Below the pieces are notes generated by a model, which searched no databases, was not told where the DNA came from, and saw only the letters and a program-made list of their open reading frames with translations. From NCBI RefSeq assembly GCF_009914755.1, contig NC_060930.1: 64,000 bases of DNA, one strand, 5' to 3'. Below, piece after piece: positions 1 through 24,265 of the stretch. The first letter of the stretch is position 1. Every line of letters starts with the position of its first letter. A program made the translations under genes and the position numbers. The stretch is from the human T2T-CHM13v2.0 reference genome, Homo sapiens.

Positions 1-4790
<4,790 letters not shown>

Positions 4791-7480
4791 CTATAGTAAG
4801 TGGGCCTACCTTACACCAAGACTGATAAAGTGAGGGGTTTTCTAAACATAGGAGAGAAAGTTCAGGTGCTGGGCACTCAAATCAAGTGACAGATGTTCAC
4901 CTCGGGCATCAGCACAGTGTATGCAGTGAAGGAAAACTGCAGAATGACAGCCATGCAGCAGACCTGGAGAACCCCTAGCTAGTCTCAGGTCTGGATATCA
5001 GGAGGCCAGAGAGCTTCAGGCAGGAGGAAAAGTGGAGATTTGGTAGAATATCTGATATGATGGAGAGTTGGAAAAAATTTGAGGATTTGGTGAGGGCAAA
5101 TGGTGCCAACGAGCTAGAAAGACAATTGGAAACTCCAAAGAAAACAAACAAGCTTTACAAGAAAGGATATATAGTCTCAGTATATTATTTGATACTGCAG
5201 TGAATACTGTTTATACAGTCATGATGTATAGCACTGGTTTTTTATTTAACCAAAACTAATTATGTAACTATTGGGGGGAAATGGAAGAAGTGAGATGGGT
5301 ATCGTATCATTGAAGGATGTCAGTACATTAGAACTAAAATGGCTAAACCAGAAATAGCTGTGTGAGCATATCACTTAGAGATACAGAGGTGACCACCAGG
5401 AGAAATAGTAAAGGTGGTTCCCCCAGCAAGGTAGCCATTATAGGCTCTCTGAGCTAGTGGGTTTTGAAAAACCATGTGCATCTATTTGTTTTTTAATTGT
5501 CTTAAATTATTCTTAAAAACAAAATAAGTTTCTATAGGAAGGACCGCAGTCACCAGTTCATAGGTTAAATGGCTTTTATTCCAAAAGTTCTAAGTCAGTG
5601 AGATTGCTTTTCCTTTAGAAACATTCATATATATGTGGTTAGATCCCCAAACTAGTCCACAAATACAGGTTATAGTGAAATTAAAATATCCTAGTTTAGA
5701 AATCAAAAGAAGAAAAATGACCAACTTTGGAGTCCATTCTAGTAATCCAAGTGAGAAAGGATGGGGATACGGTTGGAGTTTTCTGCACACCTGTTCAGTT
5801 CACCAGTTATTCTTCTCTGAGATAGTCTGGTTTGTGATTAGGCTTCTCACCCAGCGGCTCACAGAGGATGCTACTCTCATTAGATTCTGCACTTACCTCT
5901 CACTGTAAAAAGCTGGAGAAGACTTTGGAGCCCTTCATCTTAGGTAACCTCGTCAATGACAGGTTGACACTAGGAGTGCATTTAGCTTGGCATGAAAGGG
6001 ACCATAAGCTGTCCCCCTTCCTCATCATTCTGTACTCAAAGCCCCTCACTACTCACAAGCACCTCCGAACCAGGACTTTTCAAAATCTCTGCTTCTGTTC
6101 TTATTTGGACAGCCCATTCAACTCCTCTGACTTCACTCCCTTATCTGCATAACACAGCTCAAGAGCTGTCACCTCTTAACAATCTCTCCAGACCTCTACC
6201 CACTTCTCCATGCACCCCTCTTCATGCCCTCCTGGACCCACCCTGGGCTCACTGCAGTATTCATTCATAATAAATTTCCCATTGTTTCCCATTGTTTGCT
6301 TGCCTGTATACTTGTTGATAGCAGGGACCACCATGTTGCCTTTATAATCATATGCCCATGCAGGGCTTGGTACATAGCAGGCACTCAATAAATATTTGAA
6401 TGGATTCAAAAATGATGAGCCAGATTGAGTTAATACATAGTTACAGCTGAAAACTAACTTTTCTTAAAATCCTCATGCCCTGACCCACTAACCTAATGGC
6501 CAGAGTCCAAGTGAGGTTCAGCTGTGGTCTGCTATGAAGCTGGAAATTCCCTCCTTTGGGTTATTTCACTGATGTACTTAACTTGGTCTTCATTCTTTTT
6601 ATTTCTATTTTATTTCATTTTCCTTCTTCCTTTGTTCAAAATACCTGTCTCGTCTTTGGTTTTGAGACAAAAGGTATCATCTATCCAGTTCTATCCCTTT
6701 CCTGATCGCCTATTAACTAGGGAGAAGGGAGTTTATTTTAGCATTCACAGTTTGTTAACATACAGCAGGCCATGCCTTGTGCTTGATTTAATTTTTCCTG
6801 TGGCTCAGTGGCATGGTGGATAAGAACATCCCTTCCCTCCCCACCACGAAGCTGGATGCCCTTTCTGGTGGCATATCCCATTTCTGTTTTGAACCCGTAC
6901 ATATTGAATGGTACATAAGACATTCAACAGTCTAGAAAATAAGCCACCAGATTTCTGTTTAACCCCAAATGGAAATGATATTGCTTTTCTTGTTATGCAA
7001 GTAACCCACGCTCACTTTAAAATGATTTTCAAATATAAAAAAGCTAAAAAGAAGAAAGTAAAATCACCATAAGCCTACTATCCAAAGATTAATGCTTTTC
7101 AACTATTTGGTGTGTGGTATGTATCCTTAGATACTTGCTTTCTATGCATATAATTTTCTTACAAAAATAGTTTTACTATTCACACCTGCTTTTTTTAAGT
7201 TACATATGTCGCTGTACATCATTATTAATTACATAACATTTCAAGATATAAATGTATAATAACTTACTGAATTTTTCTTCTGAGGTTGGGCATTTATGTT
7301 GCACATATAGGCCGGGCACGGTGGCTCACACCTGTAATGCCAGCACTTTGGGAGGCCGAAGCGGGTGCATCACCTGAGGTCAGGAGTTCGAGACTAGCCT
7401 GGCCAACATGGTGAAACCTTGTGTCTATTAAAAATACAAAATTAGCCGGGTGTGGTGGTGCACGCCTGTAATCCCAGCTA

Positions 7481-7630
<150 letters not shown>

Positions 7631-8033
7631 TCAAATATTCAAGAAACAGGCTGTGCTGTTTTTAATAGACAAACCCTAGAAACAACCTAAATGTTGAGGA
7701 TGTACTCCAAGAAGTAGAAGTGCCAGTTAGTATGGTAATAATGTATATGTAGACACATTGCTTTTTCAAATAAGATCAAAAATTGCAGAAATGTAAACAT
7801 GAAGTCATTACTCATTTAATTTGACTTCCCAGAGATAACCACCATTAACATTTGGTGTGGATCTATTTTCAGGCCTTTTTCTCTATGGATTTAGGAAAAA
7901 TTTTAGTGAAGTCTGTGGTTTCATATTTTTTTATATTACACATATCTCTGCAACTTTAATTTTTCTCCTTTATATTTCTTGAAAGTCTTTTGAAGTCATC
8001 TATAGAGATTAAACTCCAGCCTGCCCCCCCTCC

Positions 8034-8034
<1 letters not shown>

Positions 8035-8086
<52 letters not shown>
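8035..8086 (+). repeat. (AC)26 microsatellite
   Basis: Perfect dinucleotide run. Confidence 0.97.
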
Positions 8087-8091
<5 letters not shown>

Positions 8092-9569
8092 TCTATCCCT
8101 TCTGCAGGTTGGTAACATTGGAGCTTTGTAATTTACCTGCCAAGGGACTTTGGGAATTTATTCCTTGGTTCATTCAAAATAAGTCAATTTGACTGAGTGC
8201 ATGCCATATGCAAGGCTCTGGGGAAACTAAGCTGCTTATGACCTGAGCTTAGAGTCCAGTGAGGAAGCCTGGAGTATGCATTTGTCATGGTGGTAAAATC
8301 GTGCAGTGGCAGCATGGATGTTGCTATGGAAGCAGAGGAAGGAATCTCAATAAGGCCAAGGGTGTCATGGTCACTGACAAATTATTGCATAGACTGAGGT
8401 TCAAATCCTGGTATCTGTGCTGAACGTGGAGGCTCACATCTGTAATCTCAACACTTTGGGAGGCTGAGGTAGGAGGGTCATTTGAGCATAGGAGTTCAAG
8501 ATTGGCTTGGACAAAATAGCAAGACCTCATCTCTACCAAAAAAAAAATTAGCCACTCATGGTAGTGCTACTCAGGAGGCTGAGGTGGGAGGCTTGCTTGA
8601 GCCAGGAGTTTGAGGCTTCAGTGAACCATGATCACACCACCGCCCTCCAGCTTGGGTAACAAAGCTAGACCCTGTCTCTAAAAAAATAAAAAATAAGAAT
8701 TCTAGTATCTGTCCCTTGTTAACTGAGACCTCGGGTAAATCCTTAACTTCTGTCTCAGTGCAAGCTGGGTGTAATAATACCTACCCCACAATGCCAGCAT
8801 GATTATTCATTGGAAAAATGATTATAGGAGAGGAGTATTGAATGTCCATTAGTAGATGTCTGCTTAAGTAAATAAATCGTGGCATATTAATTAATACAAT
8901 ATTATGCAGCTATGAGAAATGAGATCATTCCATGTGTTCTGATAAGGTCTAACTCGGACATATGTTATTAATAGAAAAGTGTGTGTTTTGCTACGATTTA
9001 TGGGAAAAACTTTTTAAAGATGGGATGGTAGATAGTCTAGGTAAATACAAGTATGTATATAGCTATCTGAAAGGATATCCAAGTAACTTCATAGTGCTTG
9101 CCTTTGAGGAAGGGAACTGGGATCAGGAGTAGGGAGAAAGTTTGCTTTCCATTTATACTCATTTATGCTGCTTAAATTACCATATACATTTATTATATGT
9201 AAAGAAGAGTTTTTAAATCAGGAATAAAATAAAGTGTGTCATTAAGGCAATATCAACTTAATCTAGCTATTCAAATATTTTTACATGGGACTTTTCACAA
9301 TCTTTTCATGAAGTAGTTATAAGCATGGACTTGTAGGTGTGCTTACTGGCTATAGAATCTTGGAAAAGTCAGTTAATCACACTAGACCTCCCTTTTCTTC
9401 TATAAAATAAGAATTAATAATAGCCACCTTATTAAGGGTGTTGTGAAAATAAGATAACAAAATTGAGTGGAAAACAGTTAACATGGTGCGTAGCATATTA
9501 TAAGCACTCAAATATTTGTTGTGTAATAATTAATACTAAAGGTCTGTATCTATCAGTGGTATTAATAAT

Positions 9570-9870
9570 AATCTAATTCAGCTGCCTTATACCAAAAAGG
9601 GATATTTGTGGGCTCACACAAATGAAAGTCTGTGGCATATGTGCCTTTGGGTATGGCTGTATCTAGCACCTCCCTTGAAGGGATTGGGACTCAGCCTTTC
9701 CCCAGCTCTTCTGTGTTGGCTCACTTCCCAAGTAGCTCCAGGCTCGCACCCTACTGGCCTAATAATGCCCAGTGAAAAGAACCCAGTACTTTCCCAGTGG
9801 TTCCCAAGAAAAATCCCAGGATTGACTGACCCTTCCTGCATTGGTCATGGTCTCATCTTTACCCCAGACA
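9570..9870. mobile_element. Old MaLR LTR fragment (MLT1-like); a related fragment at ~12400-12880
   Basis: AAAAGG..TTTATTGGCT..GTAACTG..AAGTC-type motifs typical of MLT1 LTRs; highly diverged. Confidence 0.5.
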
Positions 9871-12197
9871 CTTGAGCCTTGGGATTGAGGCCAGGATTCA
9901 GTACTCACCTCTGCAACTTTGATGGGAAGAGTCGTCCTAATGTTGATCAGTCTCAAGTCTTGTCTTTTCATGCTTGGAGACTAATAGAAACTAAGAACAT
10001 CAGTAGAGCTCCTTCCCCAGTGGAAAAAAAATAGGGGCAACAAATATCAGGCAGGCAGACTATAGATGTTCCCCACTGGCTCCAGTGGTAATTCTTTTGG
10101 GGTTTTGTGGTTTTTTTTTCGTTTTGAGAGAGAGAGATGGGAGACTTGCTGTGCTGCCCAGGTTGGTCTCAAACTCCTGGGCCCAAGTGATCCTCTTGCC
10201 TCAGTCTCCCAAGTACCTGGGACTACAGGCGCATTACCATTGCACCCAGCTCTAACTACATACATTTTCCTACATAGATTTTCAGAACTGCTTACCAGTA
10301 CAACTGTTTCTTTGCAGAGGCATGTTAACGTCCATGGGGCTGAGGTTTTAACGTTAGCACATACCTTGTTTATAGTACAAGTTACCCTTGAAAGTACTGC
10401 CGGAAGGTGCCACATGGAGTTCCACACAGAATCTCACAGAGCCAGGCTTTACCACTGCTTGGAACCAAATGGCCCATCCTTCTGTTGATTACTGGATAAG
10501 TTGGCTGTTTTACTGGTAGGGGCCATGTAATGTAAAGATCTGTGCATAAACAATGAATACCTCTCCAATCAGTACGATGCTCACGCTGTGAACTAACAAA
10601 AATTGAGATGACCAAGAGAAGAGATTTCCATCTACCCTGGTGCTCAGCCCAGGGCAGGGTGGTGTAGACAGAGCTCACCCGCACTATTTAAATCCTGTCA
10701 TATAGTTTTTTGTTTTACCAGGCATGTGTGCTTGAATTTGCTAAGTTAAGCATTAAAATAATGCTGCTCCATCAAATATCAAAATTCTTAGCCCTTTTTC
10801 AAGAGATTCTAATTATTGCACCCATGTTCAGATCTGAGACCAAACAGGTAATATGTGGTCCCCACAAATCCAGTTCCGCCCTCCCTGTTCACTCAACAGG
10901 GGAGGAAAAATAACAGGATAACCCAACGGGAACCTCCCTTCTGAAAAGGGGAAATGACATAAAGTGCTCACCTCCTGCTTCTTGTCATGTCCTCCACAGG
11001 GACAGCAGTTTGTAGAGCCTATAAGTCCACCCCAAGTTCCACCTCCTGGGAGGAATTCTGGGGCTGCCCCTTCTTCACACCTCACTTATTTCTGGCGTGG
11101 CTTTTGGACCTAGTGATTGATTTCCTTAGAGGTTCAACATCATGGACCTTCACTTTCTAGACTTAGTGATTCTTTCGCAATAAAAGTGCCTTGCAATTTT
11201 AGTAGCTTGTCCATCTAGCATTCAAATTTGGTCAATTTATGGTTTGGTGCTTAGTAACGAGAGTTACACATGAAGACTAGTCCCGGTCTTTCGAAGTTAA
11301 GTCTCAGTCACTTAGCAGCAGACATGGAAATTTCCCTAACCTACAGTTTAATGGTTCCATAGGCCTTTGCCTCATGGCAGTCTGAAACAGCAGCCTGGGA
11401 GGGAGAGATAAAACTAGTATGCCCCCAGCCTGCTGACCAGTGGGTGGTTCTTTACTGCTGAGGCACGGCCCTAGGTCCCTAGGAGTTCTGGGTCCCAGAC
11501 TCTTTTCCAAGTTTGCCTTCTTTCTGTTCACTTTATTTTCATTTTTTGAGACAAGAGTCTTTCTCTGTCATCCAGGCTGGATTGCGGAGGCACCAACCTC
11601 CACCTCCCAGGTTCAAGCAATTCTCATGCCCCAGCCTCCCAAGTAACTGGAACTACAGGTGCATGCTACCATGCTGGGCTACTTTTTGTATTTTTAGTAG
11701 AGTTAGGGTTTCACCAGGCTGGTCTCAAACTCCTGACCTCAGGTGATCTGCCTACCTCGGCCTCTCAAAGTGCTGGGATTACAGGCGTGAGCCATTGTGC
11801 CCAGCCCATTTGTTGACTTTAATTTGGGCAGAGAATACAGCTCTATGTCTCCTTAGATTGCTTTCTGTAGAGAAGGCCTCCATAGCAAAGCTGTTTTCTT
11901 TGAGGCGGGCCAGCCTCAGATGAAGTTTCTCTCTATCTGTAGTATCTTCCTGGCGGTCACAAGAAGTGACCAACACACTCTGCCACTCTCTAACAAGGCC
12001 TGCCAACTCCCTGTCACACCATAGCCATCTTGACTCAGCCAGTTCCATAAGCTGTCACTGGCAACAGCACAATTCTAGGTTCCCGACTCAAAACACTTGA
12101 AGCAGCTGGGCACGGTGGCTCACGCCTGTAATCCCAGCACTTGAGGAGGCCGAGGAAGGCGGATCACGAGGTCAGGAGATCAAGAAGATCCTGGCTA

Positions 12198-12506
<309 letters not shown>

Positions 12507-13045
12507 TCAGACCCCTCTCTCTCCTTCTCTCCACTCTGCTTTCCCCTGGGAAGGCCCCATTCTCAGGCAGCTTTAGGCTCCTCACTTACCAACCTTACTG
12601 GAAAGACATACCTGCTTCTTGCCAGATAGTTCCAGAAACATTCCTGGGGTTAGCCTTTGCTCCTCCAGCCTTGGTCATAAGCCATTCAACCTGTTCGCGG
12701 TGGGGGCGGGGAGGGCAGGATGGGCCACAATGATTAGCCAGGCCTGGATCACCTGTGTGCACAGATGCGCTTAGACCAGGAAAGGGATGGCTCCCCAAGG
12801 AACAAACAGGGAGCTTCTGCCTGATAAAGAGTGAATGTTTGCTGGACCAACCACAGCAGGCCCACACAAGGACTTGACAGAATGGCTGGGAGGGGAAGAT
12901 GAAGTCCAGCAAGCAGATTGTCCTTCCGGAGCCATTAGAATGATGTTTAACTTAGCACTGCAGTAGAAAGATAAGGTGTGCCACTGAGGCAAGCCACATC
13001 GTAAAATATATATATAAAGAAACAGATGAAATAATTTTAATGCTA

Positions 13046-14413
<1,368 letters not shown>

Positions 14414-15859
14414 CTATCGTAGTAGACGGTGCAGGGTTAGCTGGTAACTTTCCATAGAGGGGCTGAATATCTAGCTTCCGCTGATAAGTTATTACTTACG
14501 TTTTCACATCACGGGGAGTTGTTTTGAAATTGCAACTCTCGGCTGGGTACAGTGGCTCACACCTGTAATCCCATCACTTTGGGAGGCCAAGGTGGGCAGA
14601 TCACCAAAGATCAGGACTTCGAGACCAGCCTGGCCAACATGGCGAAACCCCGTCTCTACTAAAAATACAAAAATTAGCTGGGAGTGGTGGCGTGCACCTG
14701 CAGTCCCAGCTACTTGGGGAGGGCTGAGGCAGGAGAATCACTTGAACTCAGAGGCAGAGGTTGCAGTGAGCCAAGATCGCGCCACTCCACTCCAGCCTGG
14801 GCGACAGAGCAAGACTCTGTCTTAAAAAAAAGAAACTGCAAATCTCCTCATTAGAAGAATCTGCCTGAAAATGAGCCTAAATACATATTTTTGTGCTGAG
14901 TGTCCAGTTGGTGCCATTTATTTTCTAAAACACCTGTCATACCCATACAATTAGTACTTAACAACTGCTTAACCATCTATCTTTTCTCTTGGACTCGAAG
15001 CCCCTTATCTATCTTGCTTACTAAGCCCAATGCCTAGGTACCTAGAAGACGCTATGTGGATATTTTAAAATTTAATTGGAGTTAAATTAAAAACTTAGAT
15101 AAGGGCTTCTCATTTGCTAGGCTTGATAAGAAAATGGAGAAAGTAATAGTGGTTGAAGCCCAAGATTGCATGTTTGCAGTATTTGTTTTCCCGATGAAGG
15201 GCCGTTTGTAGTCTGTGACTAGTTGTGTTACGATCCAATCACCCTTTCTCTCATTGAATATACAGTATATAGAGAGAGTGATTGAAAATCTACAGAAACC
15301 CAGGCTCTGTGCCAAGCACTGGGTATACAAAGATAAATGGGAAACAGTCCCTGCCTTAAAGGAAATGAGAAACAGATAAGTCTTACAGTAATACCGAATA
15401 AGTGTCATGATACAAATAAACACAGAGTGTTTGGGGAGCACAAGGAAGGGGGTCCAACCCAGGTCGGAGAATGGGAGATGGGCAGGAAAGACTCACTGTG
15501 GAAAGGGAATTTAAGCCCCACGGCGCCTGTGATATTCTTAGCATCCAACCCCATGCCAGGCACATGATGTGTTGAATCAATGAACAAAGTGACTCCTGAA
15601 CCTAATGCTGAAGGATCGCTGTGTTTGTCCATCTGGGTGTGGACGGATGATCACGGCAGGTGAAGAGAGTGTGCATGACAACCCAGCCTACAACGCTAGA
15701 ATCCTGGCTCTAGGGAATGACAAGATGCTGAGTGGGGTGGAGCAGAGGGGTGAGAGCTGGCATGAGCCTGCAGCATTTGGCAGGCCAGCCCACAAACTGC
15801 CTCCCTTCTTGTTCTTGTCCATATGACCGGTGACGAGAGATCGCACTTTCTTATTACAG

Positions 15860-15971
15860 GCAAAGCGAAGGCTGGAGCTAGGAGAAAGCGGTCATCAGTA
15901 CCTCTCAGATGGTTTAAAAACCCCCAAGGGCAAAGGAAGAGCTGCACTACGAAGTCCAGATAGTCCAAAAA
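15860..15971 (+). CDS. E2F3: E2F3 coding exon 2 (112 nt), cyclin A-binding RxL region
   Basis: ttattacag|GCAAAGCGAAGG...CCAAAAA|gtaagg; translates [37 protein letters not shown], matching E2F3. Exon 1a/1b lie upstream of the window. Confidence 0.97.
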
Positions 15972-17219
15972 GTAAGGATCTTTTCATCTCTTTCCTTATT
16001 CTCCTTGGTATGGCATTTCCAAGTTTCAAAGCTTATGGCCGGAAGGATGCCAAGGTGTGAATAATTCTGGCATGTTTTGTTCTTTTTCATTTCTTTCTGT
16101 GCTTATCCAAAAAAATAAATACAATGTCAGCAGACAACCAGTGAAAGGCTACAGAGTCACACTGGTACCATAAGGGAAGACTTCTTTTAACTGTATGTAG
16201 TTTCATTTTTCAACTCGGAATACGAACTTTTGGCACCATTCTATATCAAATTTAATTTTAACTTCCCTTAATGGACATTGCTTCAGAGTCTGAGGCAAAC
16301 TGGATGTCCACGAACTATGCCAGAGTCACCAGTGTCTGTGCCGACCTCAATCTCCAGCTCAGCATATGATAGCGTAAGAATTGATTGAGCCCGATAAATT
16401 GCAGGCTGTTTCTCTTTCTATCAAATACTATTACCGTTTCTTGTGGGAGAGAGAGAAACGTAGGTTAGAAATAGCCAACTAGTCCCATTATGTATGTGTT
16501 TGCATTTAACATAAGGGCTAAATTAGACTTTGTTCTCTCTCTTCCTTTAGTTCATGCATTAGGCAATCCACAAATTGTGTGACACTAAATTAAAACCTTG
16601 ACCTGTGCACCTATGGGGGAACAAGTACAATATTAAGTAAGGAAATTTCCTTTAAGAGAGATGGGGAGATTTGGCAGAAGACTTTTCCAGGTAATTATTT
16701 ATCAAAATGAAGCATTGTTTGGAAAATTGGTGAACAGGTGATACACGCACACACAGATACCAGAGCCTGAAAGGCCATTTGAGATGGGTCTGTTTAAGAC
16801 CTTGTCCTGCAGTGCTAGTGAGACTCATAGCCTGGCTCCATCACCGTAGGCCTCGTGTGTGCTGGTCCCCTGAGGCCACAGCACTCTTTCATTCATTTGA
16901 CAGATATTTTTTAGCGCCCGCTATATGTAAATTCTTCATTGGAGCCAGGGAATGGTGTAAGTCAAGGTAGAAACTCTTGAGAAATTCAAGGTGAAATGCT
17001 TTAATCAAACCCTGGAATTTTTACCTTCCCTTCCTGCTCTAATAAAAAACTTTCATAGCTTTCTATGACTTGCCAACACCAACAGCAACGACAGCCTTGC
17101 TTCAGATACTAATACTTTGGCTGCAGTGGGAAAGAGAGCTTGCTTGACTGCAAAGACACCCTTCATTTCTTTACCTTTCCCCCTATCCCCCACCCGCTCG
17201 GTTTTTGTTTTTCTTTAAG

Positions 17220-17439
17220 CTCCAAAATCTCCCTCAGAAAAAACGCGGTATGATACGTCTCTTGGTCTGCTCACCAAGAAGTTCATTCAGCTCCTGAGCC
17301 AGTCACCCGATGGGGTATTGGATTTGAACAAGGCAGCAGAAGTGCTAAAAGTGCAAAAGAGAAGGATTTATGATATCACCAACGTTCTGGAAGGCATCCA
17401 CCTCATTAAGAAGAAGTCTAAAAACAACGTCCAATGGAT
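17220..17439 (+). CDS. E2F3: E2F3 coding exon 3 (220 nt), winged-helix DNA-binding domain
   Basis: ttctttaag|CTCCAAAA...TGGAT|gtgagt; translates [22 protein letters not shown]...[27 protein letters not shown] with the E2F RRIYD signature; phase fits exon 2. Confidence 0.98.
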
Positions 17440-18778
17440 GTGAGTAGGAGTCCTCCCCATGCCCCGGCTCTGAGGGGGTCGTTTCAAACTGCCTGGTTTC
17501 TTAGTTCCTCACTTTCACATCCACGCCCACACGTTCTTTTCTTTTCTCTCCTACTGTTTTCTTCTCTCTCATTCTCTCTTCCCTCCTCAGCTTCTAAGCC
17601 AGAAGTTCGAAGTCTCTTTACAAAGAGACTTTGTTTAGATACTGTCAGAGATAAAAGGATTTATATTTGATGAGCATCCAGCAACGGCATCCTTAAAGAG
17701 GTCCCTGCAGTTGGAAAGTGGACTGCTGTTCATCTGTTACATAGATGTCTGTGTGCACCCACGTGTGTATCTGACAGATGTGTACACGTCTTCAGCTTGT
17801 TTCTAATAAGAATCTGGAAATGATGGCTTATGGGTTATCTATGTGTATACGTACAACTGCATAGTTACAGAATATCTTTATCCATGGTTCTAATAGCAGA
17901 TTAACTCACTTTCTGGGTAAATTAAGGCAAGACTTAAATGCCTCCATTTCGTCTGTAGAGCAGGGATGGTAGCATGATACTTATACAGCCACACATATGA
18001 TTACATATGTAATATATTTTGTGAATTTTAGAGCATCTAAATAGCCACTATAAGCACAGTATTGAATTATTAAAGCATTTTGGAAGGAATAATTCTGTTA
18101 CAGGAGGGCTTTGAAAAAATACTAATTCAGATGGAAGATGAATACATACCTTTTTTTGCACATTTTGGAATTTTGTTGACAGTTTGGTAACCCATTTTGG
18201 CCTCTGGTTTAGAGAAACATATTGTGCACTAGTCTCAGTTCTTGCATACATCACATACATCTGTTTCCTTTACTTTCTTTTCTTTTTAGTTGTTGATATA
18301 AGACCCTCAGTAATTACCTGAGTTTTTGATGCTTTTTTGGATGGGTTGTTTTTTTGTTTTTTTTTTTTTTTTAATTTTGAACCATTCCATCTTCTCTGTC
18401 TTTCTCTATCTTTTTATCCTTTTTCGCCTTTCTTCCCCCACCACCTGGGAGCCATGAGGCAAGGGAGGAAGGTGGTTGCCTTCTTTTGCCCTCTGAATTT
18501 GAACCTTCTGAAGAAGTAGACCTCCCCTGGAGGAAAGAATCCTGAAAATAGCAGTGCGCTTTCACTAAATTTCTATGCTGTGAAAAGTGCAGAACTGTAT
18601 TTATGAAAAAAAAAAAATATATATATATATATATATATGTGTAAATGTTCTAATTTTAACACTTGGCTAACAAGCAATGTGACCTCCTATGTCAAGAGGA
18701 GACATTTACCCAAAGGATCATTTCTCCTTCCCCTCCCTCCCATGAGTAGCCATGAAGAGTCTGTGTTTGGGTTTCTAG

Positions 18779-18937
18779 GGGCTGCAGTCTGTCTGAGGAT
18801 GGGGGCATGCTGGCCCAGTGTCAAGGCCTGTCAAAAGAAGTGACCGAGCTCAGTCAGGAAGAGAAGAAATTAGATGAACTGATCCAAAGCTGCACCCTGG
18901 ACCTCAAACTGTTAACCGAGGATTCAGAGAATCAAAG
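18779..18937 (+). CDS. E2F3: E2F3 coding exon 4 (159 nt), coiled-coil dimerisation region
   Basis: tttctag|GGGCTGCAGT...CAAAG|atatccttt; translates [53 protein letters not shown]. Confidence 0.97.
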
Positions 18938-22705
<3,768 letters not shown>

Positions 22706-22820
22706 GTTAGCTTATGTTACATATCAAGATATTCGAAAAATTAGTGGCCTTAAAGACCAAACTGTTATAGTTGTGAAAGCCCCTCCAGAAACAAGACTTG
22801 AAGTGCCTGACTCAATAGAG
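22706..22820 (+). CDS. E2F3: E2F3 coding exon 5 (115 nt), marked box
   Basis: tttac|GTTAGCTTATGTT...ATAGAG|gtaagg; translates [38 protein letters not shown]. Confidence 0.97.
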
Positions 22821-23732
22821 GTAAGGAGACAGCGTCTTTGTTCATCTGCAAAGATCTTTGTGGAATGCCTGAAATTGAATGACTCATTGACTCATAGTTA
22901 AAGTCTGTCCCCCTCCTATGAACTTGATGGTTCTTTCCCATTTATTTTACTTAACCATACATTTGAAAACATTTCAATGGTTTGATGTTCATTGAGTATT
23001 CAAACAACCTAACTTTGACCTAGCAGGATGTTCAGGTCAAAGTGGTATATGATGCGCTGTCCCTCTCATACTTTCTCTTTTTCATAATTTGTCATCAACG
23101 GTTTTGATCAATTTGAATCACTTTGGAAAGTTTATATTGATTATCCTGTATATGGTCCCCACCACGAACAGATATATAAATGTTTTAAAGTCTCTCCCTA
23201 ACTTATAACATTTTGAGAGATCACATGGGGCTTTGGGTTAGCTGATAGACTAGAATATTGCAAGAAAGTAGGGGGCATATTTTTGTAATTTTCAGATATA
23301 CTTGGATAATAGAGGCCTAGACTACAACTATAACATAAAGAGTTGTAGTAAAAAGAAAATGCCTAGGAGATAAAAAGAGAATGAAAGTTACACGCTTCCA
23401 TCTAGGGTAGACTTCTTACCTTAAAAGATAATAATAGCTCTTTGACCTAGATGAAAAAGATTTTTAAATGTTGGTATGCTGCATTCTCTTAATAGATGCA
23501 GTTCCTAGCACTTAAGAATACTATTCATCAGTATACAGTTCAACATGAAAAAGTCCTACCATAAAGGAACAATAACATGGAGATACTGAATTTGGAACAC
23601 TTAAAGGACCTTGTAATAATTTGCAGAAAAAGAATATATCCAAAGAACACAATTCACCTCACCCATTGTGCTATTTTCAGAATGACTCCCCTCTCCCCCA
23701 AGCCCCACTAAAATAGTTTTCTTTCTCTAGGG

Positions 23733-23972
23733 CAGGACTCAGCAAACTTTTTCATTGAAGTGCCAGGTAGATAGTAAATATTTTTGGCTTTGCGAGCCGT
23801 ACAGCCTGTGTCTAGACTATTCAACTGTGCACCTCTGACATTGTGATACGAAAACAGCCAGAGGCAATAATAAACAATGGGAATGGATGTGACTCTCTTC
23901 CAATAAAACTTTATTTACAAAGCCACTTGGTGAACTGGATTTGGCCCTTAGGCTGTGGTTTGCTGACCCCTG
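23733..23972 (+). mobile_element. MER58A (hAT-Charlie), full length
   Basis: Termini CAGGACTCAGCAAAC / GTTTGCTGACCCCTG; 8-bp TSD CTCTAGGG / CTCTAGAG; internal TTCCAATAAAACTTTATTTACAAA. Confidence 0.85.
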
Positions 23973-24129
23973 CTCTAGAGGATGACAGTCTTTCATAGAG
24001 TTGGACTAGTAGGGAAAAAACAAGTGAAAAACGAACATTGTTCTTACTTTCCATTTTTAGACAAGAATTACTATGGCTTTTATTTCTAAAAGAACTTCTG
24101 ATTCGAACTTCTCCCACTTCTGTTCATAG

Positions 24130-24265
24130 AGCCTACAAATACATTTGGCAAGTACCCAAGGGCCCATTGAGGTTTACTTATGTCCAGAAGAGACTGAAAC
24201 ACACAGTCCAATGAAAACAAACAACCAAGACCACAATGGGAATATCCCTAAACCCGCTTCCAAAG
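24130..24265 (+). CDS. E2F3: E2F3 coding exon 6 (136 nt)
   Basis: ttcatag|AGCCTACAAATA...TCCAAAG|gtaaaa; translates [45 protein letters not shown]. Confidence 0.97.

Noticed and set aside
10047-10684. 126-140 aa ORFs on both strands in intron 1
   Set aside because: They are centred on an Alu monomer and have no recognisable protein similarity.
18000-18013. 14-bp palindrome ATTACATATGTAAT in intron 3
   Set aside because: AT-rich and isolated, with no supporting context; compatible with chance.
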